Shown here piece after piece: positions 49,277 to 58,875 of a stretch of DNA of 64,000 bases. Both the position numbers and the translations under genes were made by a program. Each line of letters starts with the position of its first letter. Within the stretch, counting starts at the first letter, position 1. Source of the DNA: an uncultured delta proteobacterium. GTDB taxonomy: Bacteria > Myxococcota_A > UBA9160 > UBA4427. A model generated the notes under the pieces. That model was not told where the DNA came from. It did not search any database and worked only from the letters and a program-made list of their open reading frames with translations. The stretch is taken from the NCBI GenBank assembly GCA_963822965.1, contig CAWGJT010000005.1:1056001-1120000 (forward strand), written 5' to 3'.

Positions 49277-49734
49277 CGCTGCCGGGGCGAGCGACGCGAG
49301 CGCTCGCGCTCGCCTGGCTTCTCGGGTGCGCGGGCTGTGCGGCTCCCACACCCGAGAACCTCGGGGTGCACGAGGGCCGGCTCGCGCCGTGCCCCTCCTC
49401 ACCGAACTGCGTCTCGACGGCGGGCGACGACGCCCACCGCACCGATCCCTTCGTGCTCGCCATGCCCCCCGAGCGGGCGTGGCCGCTCGTCCCCGACGCG
49501 GTCACGTCCCTGCCCGGCACGCGCATCGTGGAGGCCGACGGCGGCTACCTCCACGCCGAGTGCACGACCCCGCTCATGCGGTTCGTCGACGACCTCGAGC
49601 TGCTGCTGCTGGCCGACGAGGGCCGCATCGCCGTGCGCTCGGCCTCGCGGACGGGCTGGTCGGACCTGGGAGCGAACCGCGAGCGCGTCTGGCAGCTCCG
49701 TCGCGCCCTCCACCAAAGAGGGGTGATCCGGTGA
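49273..49734 (+). CDS. DUF1499 family lipoprotein
   Basis: LAPCPSSPNCVST, FVDDLE, RSASRTGWSDLGANRERV; start estimated. Confidence 0.88.
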   Translation: MTLPGRATRALALAWLLGCAGCAAPTPENLGVHEGRLAPCPSSPNCVSTAGDDAHRTDPFVLAMPPERAWPLVPDAVTSLPGTRIVEADGGYLHAECTTPLMRFVDDLELLLLADEGRIAVRSASRTGWSDLGANRERVWQLRRALHQRGVIR

Positions 49735-50393
49735 ATCTCGCCCGTACTCTGGTAGGCCTCCTCGCACTGCTGACGCTCGCCTGCGCGGGCCTCTCGGTGG
49801 TGCCCGTGCAGGAGGCCGGCCTGACCGAGAACCCGCCGGCCGGGCCCGCCGTGAAGATCGCCAGCACACTCGACCAGCGCGACTTCCAGGACTTCTCGGG
49901 CCGCGGCCTCACGCCAACCCTGGCGGGCGACGACCCGGAGCTTCGCCCCCGCGCCGTCGCCCGCGGCGCCGGTCCGGGCGGCGGCAGCGGGAACGTGCTC
50001 CTCTCGCCCGACTCCTCGGTGGAGCAGATCGTCGCCCAGGCCGTGGGACGGGCCCTGCGCGCTGCCCGCTTCCGGGTGCTGACCGCCAGCGACCCGGGCT
50101 TCGCGAAGGCGGTGCCCCTCACCCTCGGCATCGAGCAGCTCTGGATGATGAACGAGCCGGGCGCGCCCGCCTGGGTGGACGCCGAGATCCGCGTCCGCAT
50201 CTCGGGACCGATTCCCGGGCTCGAGCGCGGCGCGGTCGTCGAGGCGCGCAAGAAGCTCTCGCGCGCCGGCTGGACCTTCGGCATGTGGCAGGAGGCGCTC
50301 GGCAAGGCGCTGGACGAGCTCACCCGCAAGTCCCAGGTCGAGCTCGAAGCCGTGCGCGCGAGCCTGGACGCGGCCTCGAGCTCCTCTTCGTAG
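49731..50393 (+). CDS. Hypothetical lipoprotein (YajG-like)
   Basis: Lipobox LTLAC; GTGA overlap with the upstream stop. Confidence 0.6.
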   Translation: MNLARTLVGLLALLTLACAGLSVVPVQEAGLTENPPAGPAVKIASTLDQRDFQDFSGRGLTPTLAGDDPELRPRAVARGAGPGGGSGNVLLSPDSSVEQIVAQAVGRALRAARFRVLTASDPGFAKAVPLTLGIEQLWMMNEPGAPAWVDAEIRVRISGPIPGLERGAVVEARKKLSRAGWTFGMWQEALGKALDELTRKSQVELEAVRASLDAASSSSS

Positions 50394-50553
50394 CGGGTCG
50401 GCCGAGGCCGGACGGACGAGAGACGGAACCCGGTCGGTCCAGCGGAGTCCGCGATTGACATCGGGAAGCTCCGGTGCGCATGCTTGCCTGTCGACGCTCG
50501 GCCCCATCCTTGGCGAACGCGGGGACCCAGCTCAGCCGACGGGACGAATGCCC

Positions 50554-51285
50554 ATGCGCCGCCCCGGAATCCCGAGCCTGATCCTCTGCGTGCTCTGCTT
50601 GCTCTGCGTATCGGCGCTCGACGGCACCGCACAAGCCGCCCCCGTCGTCGTCTCGTACTCCCTGAGCGGCTCCCTGGTCGCCTCCATTGGAGGCTGGGAC
50701 CAGTTGCGACCCATCCACGGCCGCATGACCGTCGTCTACCAGGGAACCGGCTCGCAGACACTGTCCGGTCCGTCCGGAGGCTTCGTGGGAGCCGCGCAGA
50801 TCAAGCGGTTCGACATGACCGTGGACGCGCGGGTCACGAACTTCAACAACGTGTCGTTCACGGGGCCCGTCCGGATGGTCGAGTACGCGCAGCCGAGCGG
50901 GGCCTTCGACGGCGATCTCAGCCTGCCGCTCCATGGTTTCGCGAGCACGTTCCTTCCCTGCCACGGCGGCAGCTACACGTGCTCGGGAGTCGCCCCCGCC
51001 CTCCCGGTCTTGCTCACCCTCGACGGCCCCCTGCTCGATTCGTCCACGCCCGCGCCTACCGTCGCCGGCCACGTGCTGCACTTCGATCTCGGCCCGGTCG
51101 CGAAGCTCTTCGACATCATCCCGATGTCCGGCAACCTGACCGCGACGGAGGTGGGTCGGACCGTGGTCCCCGAGCCCGACGGCGCACCCCGGGTGGCGCT
51201 CGTCGTGCTGCTCGCCCTCACCCTGTGGGGTGGCCGGCAGCGCTTCCGGATCGTCTCCGAGCGCGCCGCGCACGACGATTCCTGA
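50554..51285 (+). CDS. PEP-CTERM-sorted surface protein
   Basis: Signal peptide (AQA-AP), S/T/G-rich beta-like body, VPEP + hydrophobic helix + RQRFR. Confidence 0.75.
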   Translation: MRRPGIPSLILCVLCLLCVSALDGTAQAAPVVVSYSLSGSLVASIGGWDQLRPIHGRMTVVYQGTGSQTLSGPSGGFVGAAQIKRFDMTVDARVTNFNNVSFTGPVRMVEYAQPSGAFDGDLSLPLHGFASTFLPCHGGSYTCSGVAPALPVLLTLDGPLLDSSTPAPTVAGHVLHFDLGPVAKLFDIIPMSGNLTATEVGRTVVPEPDGAPRVALVVLLALTLWGGRQRFRIVSERAAHDDS

Positions 51286-51466
51286 ACGCTCCTCAGGCCC
51301 GTCCAGACCCGAGCGCCCATCGCCCGATCGCGTCTTCGGGCGAGGCCCCTTCCGCGGGACGTCGCGCCCGCAGGCCTGGAATCCGCTCTACCATCGCGTC
51401 CCCTCACCTCGATCGCCCGCTCCGGATCTCCCGCGTGGAGCCCCGGCCTGGAGGAGCGCCCTCGCG

Positions 51467-52351
51467 ATGGACGTTGGAATCTGCCTGCCCTACATGGAGC
51501 GCGACCTCGATCGCGAACGCATCCTCGGCTGGTGCCGTGGCGTCGACGAAGGTCCCTTCGCGAGCCTCTCCTGCGGCGAGCGCATCACCGGCTACACGCT
51601 CGAGATGCGCACGACCCTGGCGGCGGCGGCGGCCGTCACGGAACGGGTGCGCATCGTCCCCTCCCTCTACGTGCTGCCCATGCACTCCGCGGTCTGGGCC
51701 GCCAAGGAGATCGCCACCCTCGACGTCCTCTCGAACGGCCGCGTCACGGTGACCGTCGGCGTGGGCGGACGACCCGGAGACTACGAGGCGGTGGGCGCGT
51801 CGGCGGCCCGACGTCACGCGCGCATGGACGAGCAGGTGGCGGAGATGCGCCGCATCTGGCGCGGCGAGCCGCTCGGCGAGGGCCTGGACGAGGTGGGGCC
51901 GCGGCCCGTGCAGCCGGGCGGACCGCCGATCCTGGCCGGCGTGATGGGCCCCAAGGCGACGCGCCGCGCCGCGGCGTGGGCCGACGGCGTGTATCTCTGG
52001 TCGGGCAACGGCGTCGGGAGCGAGATCGAGCGCGCGATCCAGGGGGTGGACGGGTCGTGGGCGGACGCGAAGCGCGACGCGCCCCCGCGCCGGACGGCAG
52101 GCTTCTGGTACAGCCTCGCGCCGAACGCCCAGGAGCGGCTCTCGACCTATGTGTACGACTACATCAAGGTGCTGGGCGAGAACGCGGCCCGGGCCATGGC
52201 GAAGCGGATGAACCGCAGCAGCGCCGACGCCGTGCTCGAATCCCTCGACGCCATGGAAGCGCTCGGCTGCGACGAGTGCTTCCTCGTGCCCGCGACCTCG
52301 GATCTGGCCGAGGTGGAGCGCGCCGCGGAGGTGGTCGCGAAGCGCGGCTGA
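51467..52351 (+). CDS. LLM class flavin-dependent oxidoreductase
   Basis: LAAAAAVTERV, AKEIATLDVLSNGRV, PVQPGGPPIL. Confidence 0.88.
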   Translation: MDVGICLPYMERDLDRERILGWCRGVDEGPFASLSCGERITGYTLEMRTTLAAAAAVTERVRIVPSLYVLPMHSAVWAAKEIATLDVLSNGRVTVTVGVGGRPGDYEAVGASAARRHARMDEQVAEMRRIWRGEPLGEGLDEVGPRPVQPGGPPILAGVMGPKATRRAAAWADGVYLWSGNGVGSEIERAIQGVDGSWADAKRDAPPRRTAGFWYSLAPNAQERLSTYVYDYIKVLGENAARAMAKRMNRSSADAVLESLDAMEALGCDECFLVPATSDLAEVERAAEVVAKRG

Positions 52352-52401
52352 GCGCACGCCGAGGCCGCAGCCCGGCATGCGAAGCGCAGGCCCGAGCCAC
52401 G

Positions 52402-52797
52402 TCAGACCGGTCGGTGCGTCGTCCCCTCGCCATCGGTCACGAAGAGCATCCTCGTCGGCTCGTCGGTCCGGGCCGTGTGCCAGGTGCCGCGGGGCACGAA
52501 GACGAAGGTGCCCGGCTGCGAGAGCTCCACGGTCTCGTGCTTGCCGCCTTCCCGCTCGAGGGTGAAGGCCGCCCGGCCCGACAGCAGGCAGACGATCTCG
52601 TCACCGTTCGGATGTACCTCCCAGCTCTCCCACGGCCCGTCGAACGCGAAGAGCGAGAGCATGCGGCCGGCGCCCAGCTCGCCGAGCTTCCCCGACGTGA
52701 GGTCCTGCCAGAACGTGTCGGTCACCTCGAGCGGGACCGTGCGGCCGTCGCCGGCCAGGTGGACGAAGGTCTTCTCCAGGTCGAATAGGGTCCTCAT
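52402..52797 (-). CDS. Cupin domain protein
   Basis: WEVHPNGDEIVCLLSG...VPRGTWHTA. Confidence 0.88.
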   Translation of the reverse strand: MRTLFDLEKTFVHLAGDGRTVPLEVTDTFWQDLTSGKLGELGAGRMLSLFAFDGPWESWEVHPNGDEIVCLLSGRAAFTLEREGGKHETVELSQPGTFVFVPRGTWHTARTDEPTRMLFVTDGEGTTHRPV

Positions 52798-52909
52798 GGA
52801 TTCCATCTTACGCCGTCCGGTGTGGTTCTTCCCGGATTCGCCACGGGAGCGGCGCACCGCTGCAACGGTCCGCGCCGACGCTCTCCGCAGCATCCGGGGG
52901 GATTCCATC

Positions 52910-53176
52910 GTGGCCGAGATCCACTGGTCGAACAGCGGGCTGCGGGTCCGCTGCGGGGAAAGCGGCTTCGCGGTGTCGGGCGAGGGCTTCACCGTTTGGG
53001 ACGAGCTGCTCGGCGACGCGCTCGAGGGCGCCGCGCTGCTCCAGGGCCGGCTTGCCACCCGCGCCCCCGCCCACCCGCCGGCTTCACCGACGGTGGAGGA
53101 TTCCAGCGGCGTCTCGCGGCTTCGGCGCCGATCGGCCCGGCCGCACGAGAACGAGACGCCTTCGTCACGTTCCTGA
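52910..53176 (+). CDS. Small hypothetical protein
   Basis: GTG after G-rich RBS, protein-like N-terminal half (VAEIHWSNSGLRVRC...WDELLGDALE); no family recognised. Confidence 0.35.
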   Translation: MAEIHWSNSGLRVRCGESGFAVSGEGFTVWDELLGDALEGAALLQGRLATRAPAHPPASPTVEDSSGVSRLRRRSARPHENETPSSRS

Positions 53177-53282
53177 CACGAGACGGGTAGAACAACGTCT
53201 CGCATCCGTGACCCCCGCTTGACCGGGCACACCGATCCTTCCGGGCGTGAGCGGCCCACCGACCGCTCGGAGGCATGGACCG

Positions 53283-54458
53283 ATGAGAATCGCGATCGTC
53301 AGCGAGGTCTTCCTTCCCAAGATCGACGGCATCACGAATCGCCTGCGACACACGATCCGCGCGCTGCGCGAGCAGGGCCACGACGTGCTGGTGCTGGCCC
53401 CCGACGCGCCGCTCTCGGACTACGCCGGCGCGAAGGTCGTCGGGATCCCCGGGGTTCCGTTCCCCCCGTATCCGGGGCTGCGGCTGGCCCTGCCCGAGCC
53501 GCGCATCCTCTGGCACCTGCGGCGCTTTCGACCGGACGTGGTGCACGCGGTGGGGCCGGCGGTGCTCGGCGTCTGGGGCATGCTCGCGGCCCGGGCGCTG
53601 GCCCTTCCCATCGTCGCGTCGTACCACACCGATCTGCCGGCCTACGCGGGACGACACGGTCTGGGATGGCTCGAGCCGGCCGTGTGGCCCCTCGTCCGCC
53701 GCGTGCACAACCTGGCCGACGTCAACCTCTGCCCGTCGACGGTCACGCGCCGGCAGCTCCAGGACCACGGCATCGAGAACGTGGGCATCTGGCGGGGCGG
53801 GGTGGACTGCAACCGCTTCCACCCGGACAAGCGCTCCCTGGACATGCGCATGCGGCTGACCGACGGACGGCCCGATCGGCCGGTGGTCCTGTACGTGGGG
53901 CGACTCTCACCGGAGAAGAATCTCGACGTGCTGCGACTCGTCCACGAGGCGGCGCCGGACGCCCACCTCGCCCTGGTGGGCGACGGTCCCGCGCGGCCGC
54001 AGCTGGAGAGGAGCCTCGCCGCCCTGCCCGCCACCTTCACCGGGTTCCTGCGCGGGGAGGAGCTCGCCAGCGCCTTCGCGAGCGCCGACCTCTTCTTCAT
54101 GCCCTCCACCACCGAGACCCTGGGCTTCGTGGTGCTGGAGGCGATGGCGGCGGGCGTCCCGGTGGTGGCCGCCGCGGCCGGCGGCATCGCCGACCTGGTG
54201 CATCACTGGGAGAACGGGGTCCTCTACGACCCGGAGACTCCGCTCGAGGGTGCCGCCATCGCGGCCGAGCTGCTCGCTCACGCCGGCCACCGGCGGCTCC
54301 TGGCGGAGCGGGGCCGGAAGGCCGCCGAGCAGTGCGACTGGCAGGGCGAGACCCGCGGGCTCGTGCGCTCCTATCAGAGGGCCATCTGCGTCCACGCCCA
54401 CACCGGGCTCTCGGGCCGCATCCACCGGCGCCTGGTCGGCCAGACGGCGAGCTCCTAG
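53283..54458 (+). CDS. Glycosyltransferase family 4 (SqdX/MgtA-like)
   Basis: MRIAIVSEVFLPKIDGI, SYHTD, YVGRLSPEKN, PSTTETLGFVVLEAMA. Confidence 0.92.
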   Translation: MRIAIVSEVFLPKIDGITNRLRHTIRALREQGHDVLVLAPDAPLSDYAGAKVVGIPGVPFPPYPGLRLALPEPRILWHLRRFRPDVVHAVGPAVLGVWGMLAARALALPIVASYHTDLPAYAGRHGLGWLEPAVWPLVRRVHNLADVNLCPSTVTRRQLQDHGIENVGIWRGGVDCNRFHPDKRSLDMRMRLTDGRPDRPVVLYVGRLSPEKNLDVLRLVHEAAPDAHLALVGDGPARPQLERSLAALPATFTGFLRGEELASAFASADLFFMPSTTETLGFVVLEAMAAGVPVVAAAAGGIADLVHHWENGVLYDPETPLEGAAIAAELLAHAGHRRLLAERGRKAAEQCDWQGETRGLVRSYQRAICVHAHTGLSGRIHRRLVGQTASS

Positions 54459-54474
54459 TAGGTCGGGGTCGAGG

Positions 54475-55500
54475 TCAGACTTCGCCGCGGTCCGCCCGCA
54501 GGCGGGCGACGACGTCCGCCCAGTGGGACGGGTCGGGCGCGCGGTTGTGGGTGAGACTCACGCCGTCGGCGATCCCCTCGAGTCGCGCACGCAGCTTGCC
54601 GGCGATCTCGTGGCGCGGCCCGACGACGGCGATCGTCTCCAGCACCTCGTCCGGCACGAGGGCGGTCATCTCGTCCCACAGTCCCCGCTTGGACATTCGG
54701 TTCAGCTCCGCGTGCAGGTCGCCCCAGCCGTGGCAATCGAGGGTGGAACGATAGGCGGGGGTCGAGCCGTAGAAGGCGAGCTGCTTGCGCGCGGCCTGCT
54801 TCGAGCGCTCGAAGGCCTCCTCGTCGTCAGCGGTCACCGTGAGCGTCGCGCACACCACCTCGAGGTCCTCCCGGCGGCGACCGCTGGCACGCAGACCCGC
54901 TTCCAGCGCGGGGAGCGTGTTCTCCTGCAGCGAGCGCCGGCTGTGGAACGGATGGGCGAAGAAGCCGTCGGCCACCTCGCCCGCCACGGCGGTCATGCGG
55001 GGCCCGAAGCCGCCCGTGAAGATGGGCGGTGGACCGAAGGGGTTCGGACCGGGATCGAAGGCCGGAATCATCAGGCTGTGGCGGTAGAGCTCGCCCTCGA
55101 AGTGGAGCTTCGAGCGTCCCTCCCAGGCGTCGAAGATCGCGCGGATCGCGAGCACCATCTCGCGCATGCGGGCCGCCGGCCGCGACCAGGGCATCGAGAA
55201 GCGATTCTCGATGTGGGGCCGGACCTGGGAGCCGAGCCCCAGCAGGAAGCGCCCCTCGCTGATGGCCTGCAGGCCCCAGGCGAGGTTCGCGAGGTTCATG
55301 GGGTTGCGCGCGAAGGCGATGGCGATCGCCGTGCCGAGCCGCAGGTGCCGCGTGGCCTGCGCCGCCAGCACCAGGGGCAGGAAGGGATCGTGACGGGCTT
55401 CGAAGCTGAAGGCACCGTCGTAGCCCGTCTGCTCGAGCTGGCGGAACAGATCGCCCGCGTCCCGGGGATCTTCGAGCGGAGCGGTGGTATAGATCTTCAT
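54475..55500 (-). CDS. LLM class F420-dependent oxidoreductase (TIGR03617-like)
   Basis: EARHDPFLPL, AIAFARNP, LGLGSQVRPHI, FYGSTPAY. Confidence 0.9.
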   Translation of the reverse strand: MKIYTTAPLEDPRDAGDLFRQLEQTGYDGAFSFEARHDPFLPLVLAAQATRHLRLGTAIAIAFARNPMNLANLAWGLQAISEGRFLLGLGSQVRPHIENRFSMPWSRPAARMREMVLAIRAIFDAWEGRSKLHFEGELYRHSLMIPAFDPGPNPFGPPPIFTGGFGPRMTAVAGEVADGFFAHPFHSRRSLQENTLPALEAGLRASGRRREDLEVVCATLTVTADDEEAFERSKQAARKQLAFYGSTPAYRSTLDCHGWGDLHAELNRMSKRGLWDEMTALVPDEVLETIAVVGPRHEIAGKLRARLEGIADGVSLTHNRAPDPSHWADVVARLRADRGEV

Positions 55501-55562
55501 CGAGCCTCCCGGGGTCCCGACTTTCGCATAGAATCCCGCGCGAGCCCGCATCGGAACCCCCT

Positions 55563-56688
55563 TTGGCCCAGCGAAGCAACGCCGTCTTTGCCTCTTCCGC
55601 GCCCGCGCCGGAGACACCCCGGGAGATCGCCCGGGAGTTCCGCGGCCTGCTGGACGAGGGCCTGCGCCTCCGACCGGCCGGAACGGCCCGGGACGACCCG
55701 GAGGCGCTGCTGCGCCGCTACGGGCCCCGCTACAAGATCGAGCTCTTCGACACGACCTACTACCTGACGGACGCCCGCCAGAACCCGGACATCCGCTTCT
55801 TCGTCGCCTACGTGCGCCTGGGCCCGTCCGCCAGGCGCCTGGGCTATTCGCCCGCGTCCCTGCGCGGCCTCTACCCGCGCATCTTCTACAAGGACGTCTC
55901 CCTCGTCTGGCGCTCGGCCTCGCACTTCATCCGCTCCGACTCCGAGAACTGGATCGGCAAGGGAGACGTGCGACCCGTGCTGATGCACGGAGAGCTCGTG
56001 GACTGCTCGGCCGAGGACACGACCGACCTGCCCCTCGAGATCCAGACGGCTCTCGAGACGCTGCTGCTGCGCGCGTCGCGGATCCGGACCGATCACCAGG
56101 CGGTGGAGAAGGTGCTGCGCCGCGGACCCGACCATCGCATCCGCGCCTACGCGGACTTCACGGCGCCCCGGGATCGGGCGCGCGCCACCCGCGGCAACCT
56201 CGTGAACGGCGGCCGCCCGATCGCGAGCTTCCGGCAGCCGGGCGACCCCGCATCGCTGGTCTTCGAGCCGGGCTTCGAGCCGGACTTCGCGGACGGCATC
56301 GTCGAGACGAGCCACTCGCGCAGCACGCCTCTACGGAGGCGAGCTGCGCCGCTTCCGGATCGTCTCCCGCAACCGGGAGGTCCAGTACCTCTTCATGGCG
56401 GGCCCGCGGCAGGCCTGGATCATCCCGCCCCAGGCCACGTCCACGGAGATCACCAGCTACGGCGTGCGCGCGATCGACGTGATGATCGACGAGGACCTGT
56501 GCGTGCCGGGCTACGAGTACCACTTCATGGACGACAGCGAGGATCCGCCGGTGCTCGTGAGCCAGATCCCCGAGCGATTCGTCGGCGAGCCCAGCCCCGT
56601 CGACCCCGACCGCGCGGACGCCTCGCCCTGGCTGGAGCAGCTGCCGGTGATCCAGGAGTTCCGGCGGCGGGTGCTCGGCGGGAAGTGA
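55563..56688 (+). CDS. Conserved-looking hypothetical protein with one apparent frameshift near 56330
   Basis: Protein-like sequence (PRIFYKDVSLVWRSASH...WIGKG) continues in another frame as LYGGELRRFRIVSRN...PGYEYHF. Confidence 0.7.
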
Positions 56689-56695
56689 CCGGTCG

Positions 56696-56726
56696 GCCGA
56701 CGGATCCGCAGGATTCGTTCGCGGCG
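56696..56726 (+). repeat. 31-bp palindromic REP-like element, copy 1
   Basis: GCCGACGGATCCGCAGGATTCGTTCGCGGCG; 28/31 match to the reverse complement of 57327-57357. Confidence 0.8.
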
Positions 56727-56752
56727 CCGGCCGACCCTCTCGGGCCGCCCCG

Positions 56753-57196
56753 TCAGCTCTTGATGCGCTCCGCATACGGCGGGTAGAGCTTCATGCCGGC
56801 CAGCTCCCAGTAGGTCCGCAGGGCCGTCACCCTGCCGGCGTCGTCGACGCGGTACACGAAGACCCCGTTCAGCTGGCTGGCGGCGCCGTTCGCGAGCTGG
56901 ATGGTGAGCGTTCCCACGTTCGCGCACTCGTTGCCGCAGGCGTACGAGGCGGTGAGGGAGAACATCGGACGGCCGTTCGCGATGTGCGCGTCCCAGAACT
57001 TCGCGATCGCGTCCTTGCCGCGGTGCCCCCGGCCTTCGGGATCGAGGGGCGACGGGCCGACCGGGTCCTCCAGGACGGCGTCGTCGGCGAAGTTGTCGAG
57101 CCACGCCTGCCGGTCGCCCCGGGCGACCGCGTCCGCCGAGCGCCAGGACGCGAGTCGTGCGGGATGCTTCGAGTCGGGACCGGGCAGCTCCACCAT
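56753..57196 (-). CDS. SnoaL-like/ketosteroid isomerase family protein
   Basis: WLDNFADDAVLEDPVG...GKDAIAKFWD...LRTYWE. Confidence 0.88.
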   Translation of the reverse strand: MVELPGPDSKHPARLASWRSADAVARGDRQAWLDNFADDAVLEDPVGPSPLDPEGRGHRGKDAIAKFWDAHIANGRPMFSLTASYACGNECANVGTLTIQLANGAASQLNGVFVYRVDDAGRVTALRTYWELAGMKLYPPYAERIKS

Positions 57197-57326
57197 CGGG
57201 ACGTCCTCCTTCGCGGCCTTTCGTCTCGGCCTCGATGCCATGGGACAGGACACTAGCCAAGGGAGCTCGTCGGGCTCCCGCATGCGGCGGAGCCACGACC
57301 CAAGACCAAGTCTTGGGTCGCGTTTC

Positions 57327-57357
57327 CGCCGCAAACGAATCCTGCGGATTCGTCAGC
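57327..57357 (-). repeat. 31-bp palindromic REP-like element, copy 2 (inverted)
   Basis: Contains ACGAATCC-tgc-GGATTCGT palindrome; adjacent hairpin CGACCCAAGAC-caa-GTCTTGGGTCG at 57296-57320. Confidence 0.8.
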
Positions 57358-57370
57358 TAGCTTCTCCGCC

Positions 57371-58358
57371 ATGCAGACAGTGAAGCTCGGTCGCACCGGG
57401 CTCGAGGTGTCCCGCCTCGGGCTCTGCACCATGGCCTTCGGCTCGCCGCGCTGGCGGCCGTGGGTGCTCGACGAGGCCGCCAGCCGGCCATTGCTGCTGC
57501 GCGCCCTCGAAGCCGGCGTCACGTTCTTCGACACGGCCGACATGTACTCCGACGGCGTCAGCGAGCGCGTCCTCGGGCGGGTGCTGCGCGACGCCGCGCA
57601 CCGCGACGAGGTGGTCGTCGCCACCAAGGTCTTCTATCCCCTGCGCGAAGACGGCGCGAACCGCGAGGGTCTGTCGCGCAAGCGCATCTTCGACAGCGTG
57701 GAGGGATCGCTGCGCCGCCTGGGGACCGACTACATCGATCTCTATCAGGTCCATCGCTTCGACCCGGACACCCCCATCGAGGAGACCCTGCGCGCCCTCG
57801 ACGACGTCGTGCGCGCGGGCAAGGTCCGTTACGTCGGCGCCTCGGGCATGCGCGCGTGGCAGTTCGCCAAGCTGCGCTACAGCGCGGAGCGGCTCGGTCT
57901 CGAGCGCCCGGTCGCCGTCCAGAACGCCTACAACCTGATCGTTCGGGACGACGAGCGCGAGCTGCTGCCCCTGTGCGCCGAGGAGGGCATCGGCGTGCTG
58001 GCGCGCAGCCCCCTCGCCGGCGGCTTCCTGGCCGGAGACGACGGGAACGACGCCGCCTCGAGCTCGGGCCGCCGCACCCCGGCGGACGGCTTCCATCCGG
58101 CCACCAAGTACCGGGAGAGCGACCTCGCCGTGCGGGACCGCCTGCTCGAGATCGCCAACGCCCGCGGCGAGCCGCCCGTGCGCATCGCGCTGGCATGGCT
58201 GCTGTCGCGGCCGGGCGTGACGGCGCCCATCGTGAGCGTGGACGACCTCGATCGGTTGGAGGACGCGCTCGGCGTCCGTCACGATCGCGCTCGACGAGAG
58301 CGAGTGCGACCGGCTCGGGGAGGCCTATCGCCCGCGGCCGGTTCCCGGGCTCGACTGA
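57371..58358 (+). CDS. Aldo/keto reductase, apparent frameshift near 58275
   Basis: LGRTGLEVS, FFDTADMY, ATKV, DLYQVHRFD, SPLAGGFL; expected C-terminus IALDESECDRLGEAYRP is in a shifted frame. Confidence 0.9.
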
Positions 58359-58461
58359 AGGCGCTTCACCCGCCGACGGCGGTCTCGCGCCGACGAGCGC
58401 TTGCCCGAGCCCGGCGCGGGCGCTCGGCTACCCTGGGCACCGGCGTCAGGCGGGAGTGGTC

Positions 58462-58875
58462 ATGAACTCGATCGAGCAGCTGAATGCGGACTGGCTGGCG
58501 GCCTGGACCGCCCAGGACGCCGAGCGCGTGGCGTCCTTCTACACCGAAGACACGCGCTATTTCGACGCGCTGGTCCCCGACGGCATCGTCGGACGCGACG
58601 CCCTCCGAAAGCGGCTGGCGGCGTTGTTCGAGCGCACGCCGCCCATGCGCTACGAGCCGGACGTCGTGTGGCCCATCGAGGGCGGCTTCTGCGGGCGCTG
58701 GATCTGCACCATCGAGGCCGGCGAGCTGACCCAGATGCTGCGCGGCTTCGACCTGGTGCTGCTGCGCGACGGTCGCATCGCGCACAACGAGGTCTACACC
58801 CACCCGATCCAGAAGGACTTTCGCGCGGGTCCGGCTCGCGGGGGCGCCGGCACCTCGGGCGCGTCCGGCCGGTGA
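58462..58875 (+). CDS. SnoaL-like/NTF2 family protein
   Basis: WLAAWTAQDAERVASFYTED...GFDLVLLRDGRIAHNEVY. Confidence 0.85.
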   Translation: MNSIEQLNADWLAAWTAQDAERVASFYTEDTRYFDALVPDGIVGRDALRKRLAALFERTPPMRYEPDVVWPIEGGFCGRWICTIEAGELTQMLRGFDLVLLRDGRIAHNEVYTHPIQKDFRAGPARGGAGTSGASGR

